DNA of 64,000 nucleotides from assembly GCA_951406725.2 (NCBI GenBank), contig CATOCA020000001.1:8246001-8310000 (forward strand). Direction: 5' to 3'. This DNA comes from Octopus vulgaris. Lineage: Eukaryota. This document shows, piece after piece, positions 37,401 through 59,200 of this stretch (positions are counted from its first letter, which is position 1; every line of letters begins with the position of its first letter). The notes beneath the pieces were generated by a model that was given only the letters and a program-made list of their open reading frames with translations, was not told where the DNA came from and ran no database searches. A program made the position numbers and the translations under genes.

Positions 37401-40112
37401 ACGCAGTTTGTCCAAGTCCACGTTGGCACGTTCGGATGCTCGAGTCGGAACCTGTCAGACAAATGGAAACGTCTGAGTAGGTCTTTGAGGCACTTACACC
37501 CCCTTCTATTCCTATCCATTCCCACATAATCTAGATGCGTGTCCAAGGTAGCGTTCCAATCCCCTACTAACAGTAAAGGTCTAGACGTACCCAGGAAAAC
37601 CTCTAGACGTCTGAAGAAATCCGCCCGACCCGTTAAGGACGGTGCATAAACTGCCATCAGACGGAATGCACACCCATTTCTGCCATCCACGTCCAAGACA
37701 ACCAGCCTACCCTCCGGGTCTAGGAATATTGTTCTTACTTTTACATTTAGACTCTTTCGAAAAAGCACCGCGGTACCTCCACCACCCATGTTCGGCAGAC
37801 AGGGAGAAAAATAAATGTCAAATTGATCGCCAAACATGGACTCGAGGGCCCGCGGCTTGCTGAGTCTGGTTTCACTGATAGCTACTATATCCACGTTCAG
37901 TGACTTGATGTCGTTTAGAAGGTAACCTTGCTTCCAAGCCGACGCCAAGCCACGCTCATTCACACAACCTAATTTAAGCATAATTGACGTTTACGAAAAT
38001 TGTGTTTCACACACTACATTGGAAGAGACAAGAAGCAAGAGGGAAGGTCACTTACTCATTTCGAAAGTTTCATATTTTCTTCTTCTTTTGTGGTGTCTTT
38101 GATGAGGTGTTTGTATAGTTTTTTTGGAGAGGTATCGTTGAAACTCGCCTACCGCATTTGGAAATATTGTTTTCTGTGTATAGTGTTGTGTTTGTGTTAT
38201 GTGTACAATTCTTATGTGTTTGGGTGGTGTGGTGCGCGGATGATTGTTTGTCTTAAAGTCATCTTCACAGATGTCCGTGTTGGATGCAATGTAATCCATT
38301 AATTTTTTATTGTCTGTGTCTATTGCAGTTAGTTGTGTGTATGGTTTTGCGGGTTCATTGATTTGTTGATTGTCTAGGGGGATGCTGTCCGGAGTTAAAT
38401 ATCTCCCTGCTTTACTTCCTTGTTTGGTGGGCTTTTTTGATCTTTTCCTTTTACCCCCTGTGGCTATTTGCCGTTCCGTCGAACTTTCGTCGTCCGACGT
38501 ATCAGAAGGGGGTAAAGGCAAAGCATTTGCGTTACTATGTATGCTTGCAGAAATTGTTGATGTTTTGTGCGGTGTTTGTGTTGTTGTGGTGTTAGGGGTA
38601 GAATTTGTCTTCTCGTCACTGTTTTCTGTCTTTTTAATTGTCGTCCTCGGTGTTGGTGTTGGTCTATCTTTTGGTTCAGTATGTTGAATTGGTTGCGACG
38701 TCAACGGTGAATGTGTTGGTACTGCTTCTTTTCTTGGTGATGTTGTTGGGGTTTGTTTGTTGTTTTTTCTTAGCATTGAGTGTGTTGGTGTTGGTGTTGG
38801 CAACAAGGGTTTTTTTATTTGTTTTCTGATTTGTTCTTTCTTGTTTTTCTGTGCCAGAGTGCACTTGGCAATTAAATGTTCTGGGCTGCCACAGTTGTAG
38901 CATCTAGGCTTTTTGCCTTCTGCTACAACATATAGGCTTTGCCCATTTTCTAAGTGGATCCTATCAGGTAGGTTCTCGATAGAGGACCCCTCAATCTGGA
39001 TGGTCACTACTATTGTTTTACCACCCCAACTGTCGTTTTTGTACGCGGCGGTTTCTAATATATTTATCTTTTTCAAATGGTAATAGATTGCCCCTGTTAT
39101 CCATTTGTTAGGTATTTCGGGGGGTACATTTTTAATGCTAATTCTGCTCACTCTCTGGCCTTTGTAATATGGTACCATGATGATATCATCATTTTCCAAA
39201 GACTCTGTAGAGTGAGCTTTTGCCACTTCCTGGTTAGGGAAGCGGACCACCACTGTATTAAACTGGGAACCCCAGTTTATATATTCTTTTTTTTTTAATT
39301 ATGCTTTTTAAACACTTTTCTATGTCCGTCTTTGTAATCTGTTCATTTTGCATTTTGTTTTTTCTTATAATTTTATATATAATTGTCTTATTTTCTATTT
39401 GTTCCTTTATGTGTTGACGTGTATGCAGCACTAAATCCTGCCCTTGTGTTGTAAAGAGTGCTCTCGTTTCTATTAACTCTTCATTCGTAAATTTTACTAT
39501 TTCTTTTTTCTGACGCAGAGTGTCAGCGAAATTTACTGGTGTTGTTGATTCTTTTATATTAACATCTTCACTATTAGATAGTAAGATATTTATTTCATAT
39601 TTATTATTGTTGCTTTTGTTAATAGTATTCGCGTGAGTTTCATTTTTATCATTTATGTTGGTCGTGGTGATGGTGGTGGTGGAGGTGGTGCTGGTAGCAG
39701 TAGGAGTCTCGTTGTTGTTGTTGTTGTTGTTAGTGGTGGTGGTGGTGGTGGTGACAGGGATGTTACCGCAAGTGGTTGCAGCGTTCACTACCACGTCATT
39801 CAGGTTTGCACTTTGCGTGCATAAGATCTTTTTTTCTCCTAGCGTTTCCAGACTACGAAAATGCTGGTCCATAAAGGAACGCGACCAGCGTTCTACAATA
39901 ACATTTCTCGACATTTTTTAATGTCGAGAAGAAAAATACACAAATTAAATAGGGTTGAAACTGCCACTAGGGGCGAATTCCTCCCTTGGAAAAGCACTCA
40001 AACGAAAGTTGGGTGCCTTACACACCTTATTTACAAAAATGTACACAAAATATGGGCTATAAATAGTCAAAATAAACGATTACCTTCGGAGCCGAGGTGA
40101 TAGCACGTCCGT
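34231..40112 (-). mobile_element. Tx1-type (L1 clade) retrotransposon, subfamily A, full length, in a (GATA)n tract
   Basis: ORF1 pieces 39258-39901 and 38048-39253 with CYNCGSPEHLIAKC knuckle; ORF2 35102-37981 plus 34542-35066 (APE, RT YADD, CPRC-x8-H-x4-C); GATA tracts at 34185-34230 and 40113-40508. Confidence 0.92.
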
Positions 40113-40117
40113 AGATG

Positions 40118-40162
<45 letters not shown>

Positions 40163-40191
40163 GTAGGTAGGTAGGTAGGTAGGTAGGTAGG

Positions 40192-40240
<49 letters not shown>

Positions 40241-40244
40241 GATG

Positions 40245-40301
<57 letters not shown>

Positions 40302-40318
40302 GTAGGTAGGTAGATAGG

Positions 40319-40359
<41 letters not shown>

Positions 40360-40372
40360 GGAAAGATAGTTG

Positions 40373-40415
<43 letters not shown>

Positions 40416-40508
40416 GGATAGATAGATAGATAGATAGATAGATAGGTAGGTAGGTAGGTAGGTAGGAAGGTAGGTAGGTAGGTAGATAGATAGATAGATA
40501 GATAGATA

Positions 40509-43500
40509 ACTTTCTTTTATTAGCCACACAGGGCTGAATACAGAGGGGACAAATACAAATGCAGAGCTTTTCTTTTCGAGGTTGGAAAAAAATAAAAAAT
40601 GTAAGATTGCGATCAAAAGGGATCGAGAGGAGGAAAAAAAAAAGGAAAAACAGAAAATCGTGTATCACAGAAATAATGGTGTAAACATTGATATAACAAG
40701 ATTGGGTTCATCCGTGGGAAGAAAAGCCTACAGAAAAGACCACGGGAACCCCAGTCAGGGAGGAAATAAACACATGAGGTCAAAAATGCTCTCTTTCTTT
40801 CTTTTTTACGATCTACAGGATCATGCTCAAAATGGTTTCGTTACTAGCACGCACCATCTTTGCAACATTCACCCATCTTTTTTTGAATCTTTCGCGAGAC
40901 AAAACTTCCCTCTCCATTCTCACCTTCCTTTTCAAGTGGTACTTGAAAAAGTTGATGAGCGATTGGCCAGAGAGGTAAGTGTTTGTCTCTAATCCTTTCG
41001 CTCGAGTCCACCACACACATTCTTTCACCATGGCCACCAGTACGATGAAAACTGCCTTGCCTTCCCGGTTGAGGGAAGGGGGCGGAGCAATTCTCACGAT
41101 AGACTCGGCCGATAGGCGGATTCGTCCCACACGTGACAGCAGCCGTTCGGCATAAGCCCACAGGTCGGAAATGGTTGGACATTGCACGAGTGCGTGCAGA
41201 ACGGTTTCGTCGCTCTGACCGCATCTCGGGCAAGTCGGTCCAGTGTGTCTGGAACCGTGTCTGTAGAGCTTATCCCGAACAGGTAATGCTTCTCGATAGC
41301 ACTGCCAGGCCAGGGATCTTTGATGATTGTTCATAGGTCCCGGCCCGAAAGTTGTCCTGAACAGGCGGGTCAGGTGTTCTTCGTCGACGCCCAGACTCTG
41401 CCCGAGTTCGTCGTCGCACCTCCCCTCCACTAATCCTCTATAGAATGCCTTTGTTGTGATGGAGTCGCACAAGTTCGATCCCGGACGGCAGAGTTGCTTG
41501 AGAGCAACGCGACACTCGCGGTGCCATTCGCCTAGCCTCGGTCTCTGCTTGATCCATGACTGTAGTTCGTCCAAGGAGACGAGCTGCGGGAAAGCGCGCC
41601 GCACAAAAGGCGACCACCCCTGTTCACCGTTGTCTATGAAGCGCCGGAGATGTCGCAGTCTCAGCGCATGTCTGCGCATCATCAACCACGGCATGCCCAG
41701 CCCTCCATTTAGCGGGTGTTGGCAGCAAATGGATCGCCTAACCATCGGAACGTTTCCCTTCCACAAGAAGCGGAAGAGTATGCGTTCCAGTTTGGTGATG
41801 GTAGGGTCGGGACAAGGCACGACGGTCAGACGATACTCGATGACGGATGCGATGTACGCGTTCGCCACCTCCGCCCGACCTTTTAGGGATAGCTTTCTCT
41901 CAGTCCATTTCTGGGTGAGAGTAGCCACCCTAGTCGTTATCTCGCCCCAGTTCTTCTCCATTTGGAGGTCCGGACCGAACCAGACCCCGAGCAATTTAAC
42001 CGGTCCGTCCGTCCAGCGTCCCACGATGGAGACGCTGTTGGACGGCATGGGCTTGCTTCTCCAGGTGCCGAGCCGCAAGCCCACTGACTTTTCCCGGTTA
42101 ATTTTTGCTCCCGTTACCGCTTCGTATTCTTTCAGTGTCTCGCCGACCAGCTCGATGTGCTCGTAGCTCGACACTATGACGGTGACGTCATCCGCGTATG
42201 CAGACACGCTCCTCCCGCATCCCAGCTCTCGTGGGATGCCCCTCAGCGTCGCCAGTTTCCGCAGTAGTGGCTCAAGAGTCAGTACATACAGCAGCGATGA
42301 GAGGGGGCATCCCTGACGAACCGAACGCATGATGTTAAAAGGTCTGGATAGATGACCATTTACGCGAACTACTGAGCGGATGCCGCTGTATAAGGCAGCG
42401 ATCCAACCGCGGAAAACTGGACCGAAACCAGCCGCTTTGAGGACAGCCTCCAAGTAGTGATGGTCTACCCTATCGAAGGCTTTTGATTGATCCAAATTGA
42501 TCAGCGCCCCACCCATGCCAGGATTTTTAACTACCCTGTCTATGATGTAGCGCATCAGGTGGAGGTTGTCATGAATACTTCTACCCGGCACGGCGCATGT
42601 TTGCGCCTTGTCGATTAGTTTCTTGATGACAAGCGCCAACCTCTCGGCTAACACCTTGGCCAAAATTTTCAAATCTGCGTTGAGCAGAGTGATGGGCCTG
42701 AAATTATCTATGACGTCCCCCTTGTTTGGGTCTTTCTTGATCAGTGCCACTGCTCCTCGCTTTACAAAAGCAGGAATACTCCCGTTCTGCTGCCAGTTGC
42801 AGTAGACAGCTGCCAAGACGCCTCCAAACAAGTCTGGCATATGAAAATAAAATTCGTAGGGCAGACCATCCAAGCCTGGTGACTTGTCTCTCGCGCAGCC
42901 TACCATCGCATCCTGTACGTCCGCAGCTGTGATAGGCTTTTCACAAGACTCCACCTCCCTTGCTGAGAGTCGTGGCAAGGCATGCAGGTAGGCACTAAAG
43001 TCCACTCTGCTTTCTGACTCACCACTTGTCCCAAACAGTTGGGTGAAGTGTTGTTGAAAAACCCCACACATCCTTTTAGGCTCGAGCAATTCGCGCCCCT
43101 GTTCATCTATAAGAGACTTGATGGTGGCTCTGTTGCCTCGTTGCGTCTCCACCACTCGGGCCTCTTGGGCGGCTCCAACTCCTTCGTTCCTCAGAGCACG
43201 CATCCTAGCTCTGACAACGCATCCCTCGTGTTTGGCGTTGAGGTGTTGGTCGAGGGCCAATCTCGCCGCCAGTACGTTGGACGCGATGCCAGTTCTAAGT
43301 GCCTCTTCTAAAACCTTAACTAAATCTCCCTCTATTCTATTTCGGTCTAATGCTAGGGCTCTACTGTATCTGACTGATTCTGCTTTAATCGCTTTTTTAG
43401 GGCATACCACCATCTGTTGTTGATGATGGTACCCGTCAAAGCTCTCTTAACTAATGTGCTGATCCGGTCCCTGTAAACCTGTCGTGCTGTAAAAGACGCG

Positions 43501-46500
43501 TTCAGTTTCCAGTAACCAGGACCCTGCCTATGTGTCTTATCTAAGTCAAGTGTACAAGTCACAAACTTGTGATCTGTGTAACTGACTATATGAAATTGTG
43601 GACAACCTACACTATTTTTATCTATTGTCCTACAGAATACTCTATCTAAGTATGATCTGGACGACCCGATGCGGTTACTCCATGTCCACATTGGCACATT
43701 CGGGTGGTCCAGTCGGTACCTGTCAGACAGTTGGAAACGTCTGAGCAGGTCTTTGAGGCATTTGCATCCCCTTCTATTGCTATCTCTGCCCACGTAGTCT
43801 AGATGCGTGTCCAGGGTGGCATTCCAATCCCCCACTAAAAGTAAAGGACGAGACGTTCCCATGAAAGACTCTAGACGTCGAAAGAAATCTGGTCGGCCTG
43901 TTAAGGACGGAGCATAAACTGCTATCAGTCGAAAAGCACACTCATTGCTGCCATCGACATCTAAAACGACCAGCCTACCCTCCGGGTCTAGGAAATTTGC
44001 TCTTACTTTGAGATCCAGACTCTTCCGGATAAGCACCGCGGTGCCACCTCCGCCCATTCTCGGTAGACACGGAGAAAAATAAATGTTGAAATGTGTACCG
44101 AAAATGTGCTGGAGTGCCCGCAAGCTGTGGAGTCTGGTCTCACTGATGGCTATGATATTCAGATTTAGTGACTTGATGTCATTTAACAGGTAGCCTTGTT
44201 TCCAAGGCGACCCCAAGCCACGTACATTTATACTACCTATTCTGAGCATGTTCCGATAAAAGTGCAAAAAAGGAAAAGGAGAGAGAAAAGGTTACTTGTT
44301 TTTCGAAAGTTCTTTGTCTTTCACCTCACGGTCTTCTTCTATGAGGCTTTTATACAGTTTTTTCGATGAGTACTTTTGAAATCTCCCTACTGCATCAGGG
44401 TAAAGAGATTTCAGGGTGCTGTATGTGTTCTGTGTCACGTGTATTATTTTAATGTGTTGTGGTGGTGTTGTGTGTGGGTGGTTACTTGTTTTTATGTCGT
44501 TTTCAGTAATGTTAGTGTTTGACCTAATGTGTTCCATTAGGTCGTGGTTGTTTGTGTTAATGGCTGTCAACATTTTTGGGGGGTTTGATGATGGTGTGTT
44601 TGTGTTGATGTGTGTGTTTTCTGTGGATGTTTTTGTTTCGGGAGTGGTGTATCTTCCCGCTTTGTTTGTTATTTTTTCTTTTCTTTTTTTCCCCTTTTTC
44701 TTCTCCCCCTGTGGCTATTTGCCAATCTTCCGTGTCTTCTTCGTCTAATGACAGATCAGACGAATCGGAGTCTGGAAGAGGGAAAGTATTGGGGTCTATT
44801 GTCGACTGTGTTGGTTTTGTTGTTGGTGTTGGTTGGTGAGCGTTTGGTTGTGGTGTATGCGGTTTTGGATGTGGGGTTTGGGTATTTTGTGTTTGAGTGA
44901 TTGTGGGTATTGTTGTGTTGTTTAGGGTCTCAATTTTGTGGGGATTTGGAGTTGTAATTGTTTCTTCATTTTTGCTGGGTGTCTTTTTGGCAGATGTCCT
45001 TGGTTTGGGAGTTGGTATATTCTTGGTTGTTGTTGTTGGTGATGCTGCTTCTGTTCTTGGTGCTGCAGTTGGTGTGGTTGTTTGTTTGGTGAGGTTTGTT
45101 CCTGCAAAAAGTGGTGTGGGTAGTAAACCTTGTTTATTTGTTTTTGTTTCCGGCTGCTGTTGTTGTTGCTGTTGTTTTCTTGCGGCAGATTTGCAGTCTT
45201 TTTTAGGTGTTGCTCACTGCCGCATATGTAGCAACGTGGTCTTCTGCCATCGACGACCACATATAACTTGTGGTCGTCTGATACACATATCTGGGTGGGT
45301 ATTTTTTTTATATCTTCATGATGTATATGTAGAAGAAATTCTACTTTTTTTCCCACCCAGTTTTTATGCTCTGTGACTGTGGTTTCCAAAATAGTATAAT
45401 TCGCCATTTTTACGCATAAGGCCTTTACAAGCCATAGACTATTGGCTATTTTGGGGACATTGTTTAGAGTGATCTTAGTCACTTTCTGTCCCCGATAGCT
45501 TGGTGTAAGTTGGAGTTCATCTGAGTGAAGAGTTAGCGTTGAGAAATGTCTAGCTAACTCTTCGGTGTAGAAAACAACTTGTATGTGGGCAAATTTGTTC
45601 CACCAGGTTACATATTCTTTGTGATCCCAGATGGGTTTCAAGCACTTCTCTATTTTGCTTGTGTTGGCCTTCTCTGGGATTTTTTTTTTTTGTTAACTAT
45701 TTTATAAATGATTGTTCGTCTTTTTTCATTTTCCAAAATGTCTTCTGGTATGTTTATTTTTACTATACCTTCTGATTCTGTTATTTTGATGTTCGTGTCC
45801 TGTATTTGTTGAGCCGTAAAGTATATTGTTGTTTTTTTTTCTTTAATCGCCTCAGCGAAATTTGTTGTTGTTTTGTTATTGTTGTTGCTTGTGGTGATGT
45901 TGTTGTTGGCTGCAGTTTGTAAAATTGGTGTGTTTGGTTCGATCGTGCAAGTAGGAAGGGGTGGAAAATTGCCTGCGTACTTTAGTCCTGCACTAGGGCA
46001 AATTTCGACATTTCGTTTGCTTGTCGTCGTTATTTTTTCACTTGTTGGTGATGGAGTGAGCAGTGGTTGGAGGGAATTGTTGTTGTCGTCGTTGTTGTTG
46101 TTGTTGTTGTTGTTATTGTCGTTCTTGGTGACGGCGGTGGTGTTGGTAGTATTAGTAGCATTGACGGCACGGTCTTTGGTGGCGGTGATGGTGATGTTGG
46201 TGTTGTTATTGGTGGCGATATCTTTAGTAGGGATAGCAGTTTTAGTAGCAGATTCTGCCATGGTGTTGGTGGTGGTGGTGGACTCACTGATGGTGTTGAC
46301 GGTGCTTGGCCTTGCGACCTTTGTTTTGTATTTGTTGCTGTTGATGGTGGTGGAGTTGTCAGGTTCGGCGTATGCTAACAGAGCATCCTGTTTTTCTGTT
46401 TGTGCGTCACGCTTGACTTGCACCTCAGCCTCGTGGTGGCCAGTGGCCATTTTGGAAATAAAATGGCTAAATGAAACCACGAAGGCTATGAGAATTTTTC

Positions 46501-46670
46501 TTTTAAATTTTGCCCACAAGGGGCAAAATTTTGTGTCGATATTTATCAAAGGTTTACAGTGGATGTTGTTGCACAACTTTTAAGCACAAAATGTTTGTCA
46601 ATATACACTTTTAAATAGTCAAAATAAATGATTACCTTCGGAGCTGAAACGACATCACATCCGTCAATAG
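40509..46670 (-). mobile_element. Tx1-type retrotransposon, subfamily B, full length, in a (GATA)n tract
   Basis: ORF1 pieces 45650-46450, 44922-45641, 44292-44573; ORF2 43353-44267 plus 40813-43413 (split at a homopolymer); GATA on both sides. Confidence 0.92.
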
Positions 46671-46731
<61 letters not shown>

Positions 46732-46732
46732 T

Positions 46733-46793
<61 letters not shown>

Positions 46794-46822
46794 GATAGAT
46801 AGATAGATAGATAGATAGATAG

Positions 46823-48223
<1,401 letters not shown>

Positions 48224-48247
48224 GATGGATAGATAGATGGATGGATT

Positions 48248-48306
<59 letters not shown>

Positions 48307-48331
48307 GGATGGATGGATGGATGGATGGATG

Positions 48332-48414
<83 letters not shown>

Positions 48415-49087
48415 GGATGGATGGATGGATGGATTATTTAAACGATTTTCTATCAATTATCTGACTAGAATTATAAACACATTGGAATATGATTAGTTAT
48501 CGATAATACAGTTAGTTTGCCATTGACTCGTAGAAAATGCATGCACTCATCTCCTCAACTGTCATATTTTAGAATACGTCACGCTAGAACTCGTGATAAT
48601 TTCGTATTTTATATATGTAAAATCCACGTACGTAGGCAAGGAGCTTTGCACCTACTAATGAACTTTTTCTGTTGATAAATGAGTTTAATTAACTAGAGGC
48701 GTAATCAAAGCAACTTCGATTGAAATATAGGTGTGTGTAATTATATCTAACACGTTCGTACTTGCTTGGACGTGAAAAAATCTTTCCTACATAACTTGTC
48801 TCGAGAGAAAAATTCTCCTAACAGGCAATGACGTGTGAAAACATCACAGCCTGTAATGAGAATTTGTGATGTGAAAACACATCACAGCGCTATGAAAGGC
48901 GGCACTGGACCATAAAACACACGTTTCTGCATCTTTTTTGGTTATATTTTTGTCTTTTAGCCTTTATTTAAGGTAGTTATTGGACTGCAGCCATACTGCG
49001 GGCACCGCTTTCGAGGGTTTTAGTCGAACGATTCATCCAAGTACTAATGTTTTTTTTGTTTTTTTATTGTTTTTTTTAAGTATAGTA

Positions 49088-49391
49088 TGCTGGGGCACCG
49101 CCATTTGGTGTTGCTACATGATTTTACTTCACGAATGCTTTTTAGCAACTGCCATTTGGTGCATGAGAGAGTTCGATGCAGCTGCCCTCATCTGCACCTC
49201 CTGCCGTGAAGTCGGTTCATCTGGGATACCTGACAAGAAGAGATCCAGTTTCATTTTAAAGACATCTGCATCCACCCCATGCAGGTCTCTTAGGTTCTTC
49301 GGGAGGATATTGAAGAGCTGTGGGCCTCGGAAGCCCAGGCTATCACAGTATCTTGTCCTACATCTTGATGGCAAATTTGGAGTCCTTGGCA

Positions 49392-49393
<2 letters not shown>
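49088..49393 (-). pseudogene. 3' fragment of the CR1-group LINE (diverged relative)
   Basis: VPRTPNLPSRCRTRYCDSLGFRGPQLFN...AVAKKHS plus start of the 3'UTR. Confidence 0.85.
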
Positions 49394-49452
<59 letters not shown>

Positions 49453-49643
49453 TTCAGATATGAATTGGAAGCAGCTTGAGTATATAAATCATAATAGATT
49501 ATAAACACATTGGAGTATGATTAGTTATCGATGTGTGATTGGTTGCCGACAAGCTCGTATGAAATGCATCACGCACTCATCTCTTCAACTGTCATATTTT
49601 AGAATACGTGATGCAGTCATGCCAGAACTCCATCCATCCATCC

Positions 49644-49680
<37 letters not shown>

Positions 49681-49697
49681 CCTATCTATCTATCTTC

Positions 49698-56013
<6,316 letters not shown>

Positions 56014-56024
56014 CTATCTATCTA

Positions 56025-56131
<107 letters not shown>

Positions 56132-56164
56132 CCTACCTACCTACCTACCTACCTACCTACCTAC

Positions 56165-56197
<33 letters not shown>

Positions 56198-56202
56198 CAT
56201 CT

Positions 56203-59200
56203 ACGGACGTGCTATCACCTCGGCTCCGAAGGTAATCGTTTATTTTGACTATTTATAGCCCATATTTTGTGTACATTTTTGTAAATAAGGTGTGTAAGGC
56301 ACCCAACTTTCGTTTGAGTGCTTTTCCAAGGGAGGAATTCGCCCCTAGTGGCAGTTTCAACCCTATTTAATTTGTGTATTTTTCTTCTCGACATTAAAAA
56401 ATGTCGAGAAATGTTATTGTAGAACGCTGGTCGCGTTCCTTTATGGACCAGCATTTTCGTAGTCTGGAAACGCTAGGAGAAAAAAGATCTTATGCACGCA
56501 AAGTGCAAACCTGAATGACGTGGTAGTGAACGCTGCAACCACTTGCGGTAACAGCCCTGTCACCACCACCACCACCACCACTAACAACAACAACAACAAC
56601 AACGAGACTACTACTGCTACCAGCACCACCTCCACCACCACCATCACCACGACCAACATAAATGATAAAAATGAAACTCACGCGAATACTATTAACAAAA
56701 ACAACAACAAGAACAATAATAAATATGAAATAAATATCTTACTATCTAATAGTGAAGATGTTAATATAAAAGAATCAACAACACCAGTAAATTTCGCTGA
56801 CACTCTGCGTCAGAAAAAAGAAATAGTAAAATTTACGAATGAAGAGTTAATAGAAACGAGAGCACTCTTTACAACACAAGGGCAGGATTTAGTGCTGCAT
56901 ACACCTCAACACATAAAGGAACAAATAGAAAATAAGACAATTATATATAAAATTATAAGAAAAAACAAAAAGCAAAATGAACAGATTACAAAGACGGACA
57001 TAGAAAAGTGTTTAAAAAGCATAATTAAAAAAAAAAGAATATATAAACTGGGGTTCCCAGTTTAATACAGTGGTGGTCCGCTTCCCTAACCAGGAAGTGG
57101 CAAAAGCTCACTCTACAGAGTCTTTGGAAAATGATGATATCATCATGGTACCATATTACAAAGGCCAGAGAGTGAGCAGAATTAGCATTAAAAATGTACC
57201 CCCCGAGATACCTAACAAATGGATAACAGGGGCAATCTATTACCATTTGAAAAAGATAAATATATTAGAAACCGCCGCGTACAAAAACGACAGTTGGGGT
57301 GGTAAAACAATAGTAGTGACCATCCAGATTGAGGGGTCCTCTATCGAGAACCTACCTGATAGGATCCACTTAGAAAATGGGCAAAGCCTATATGTTGTAG
57401 CAGAAGGCAAAAAGCCTAGATGCTACAACTGTGGCAGCCCAGAACATTTAATTGCCAAGTGCACTCTGGCACAGAAAAACAAGAAAGAACAAATCAGAAA
57501 ACAAATAAAAAACCCTTGTTGCCAACACCAACACCAACACACTCAATGCCAAGAAAAACAACAAACAAACCCCAACAACATCACCAAGAAAAGAAGCAGT
57601 ACCAACACATTCACCGTTGACGTCGCAACCAATTCAACATACTGAACCAAAAGATAGACCAACACCAACACCGAGGACGACAATTAAAAAGACAGAAAAC
57701 AGTGACGAGAAGACAAATTCTACCCCTAACACCACAACAACACAAACACCGCACAAAACATCAACAATTTCTGCAAGCATACATAGTAACGCAAATGCTT
57801 TGCCTTTACCCCCTTCTGATACGTCGGACGACGAAAGTTCGACGGAACGGCAAATAGCCACAGGGGGTAAAAGGAAAAGATCAAAAAAGCCCACCAAACA
57901 AGGAAGTAAAGCAGGGAGATATTTAACTCCGGACAGCATCCCCCTAGACAATCAACAAATCAATGAACCCGCAAAACCATACACACAACTAACTGCAATA
58001 GACACAGACAATAAAAAATTAATGGATTACATTGCATCCAACACGGACATCTGTGAAGATGACTTTAAGACAAACAATCATCCGCGCACCACACCACCCA
58101 AACACATAAGAATTGTACACATAACACAAACACAACACTATACACAGAAAACAATATTTCCAAATGCGGTAGGCGAGTTTCAACGATACCTCTCCAAAAA
58201 ACTATACAAACACCTCATCAAAGACACCACAAAAGAAGAAGAAAATATGAAACTTTCGAAATGAGTAAGTGACCTTCCCTCTTGCCTCTTGTCTCTTCCA
58301 ATGTAGTGTGTGAAACACAATTTTCGTAAACGTCAATTATGCTTAAATTAGGTTGTGTGAATGAGCGTGGCTTGGCGTCGGCTTGGAAGCAAGGTTACCT
58401 TCTAAACGACATCAAGTCACTGAACGTGGATATAGTAGCTATCAGTGAAACCAGACTCAGCAAGCCGCGGGCCCTCGAGTCCATGTTTGGCGATCAATTT
58501 GACATTTATTTTTCTCCCTGTCTGCCGAACATGGGTGGTGGAGGTACCGCGGTGCTTTTTCGAAAGAGTCTAAATGTAAAAGTAAGAACAATATTCCTAG
58601 ACCCGGAGGGTAGGCTGGTTGTCTTGGACGTGGATGGCAGAAATGGGTGTGCATTCCGTCTGATGGCAGTTTATGCACCGTCCTTAACGGGTCGGGCGGA
58701 TTTCTTCAGACGTCTAGAGGTTTTCCTGGGTACGTCTAGACCTTTACTGTTAGTAGGGGATTGGAACGCTACCTTGGACACGCATCTAGATTATGTGGGA
58801 ATGGATAGGAATAGAAGGGGGTGTAAGTGCCTCAAAGACCTACTCAGACGTTTCCATTTGTCTGACAGGTTCCGACTCGAGCATCCGAACGTGCCAACGT
58901 GGACTTGGACAAACCGCGTCGGATCGTCGAGATCTTATCTAGATAGAATTTTATGCAGGACAGCGGATAGGGATAGCGTAGGATGTCCACAATTTAAAAT
59001 AGTCAGCTACACAGATCACAAATTTGTGACGTGTACGCTCGAGTTAGATAAGACACATAGACAGGGTCCCGGTTACTGGAAACTGAACACGTCGCTATTA
59101 GCGCGACAGGTTTACAGGAACCGGATTAGCGAGTTAATTAAGAGGGCGCTGACGGGAGCCGTCGTTAACAACCGCTGGTGGTACGCCCTGAAAATGGCAA

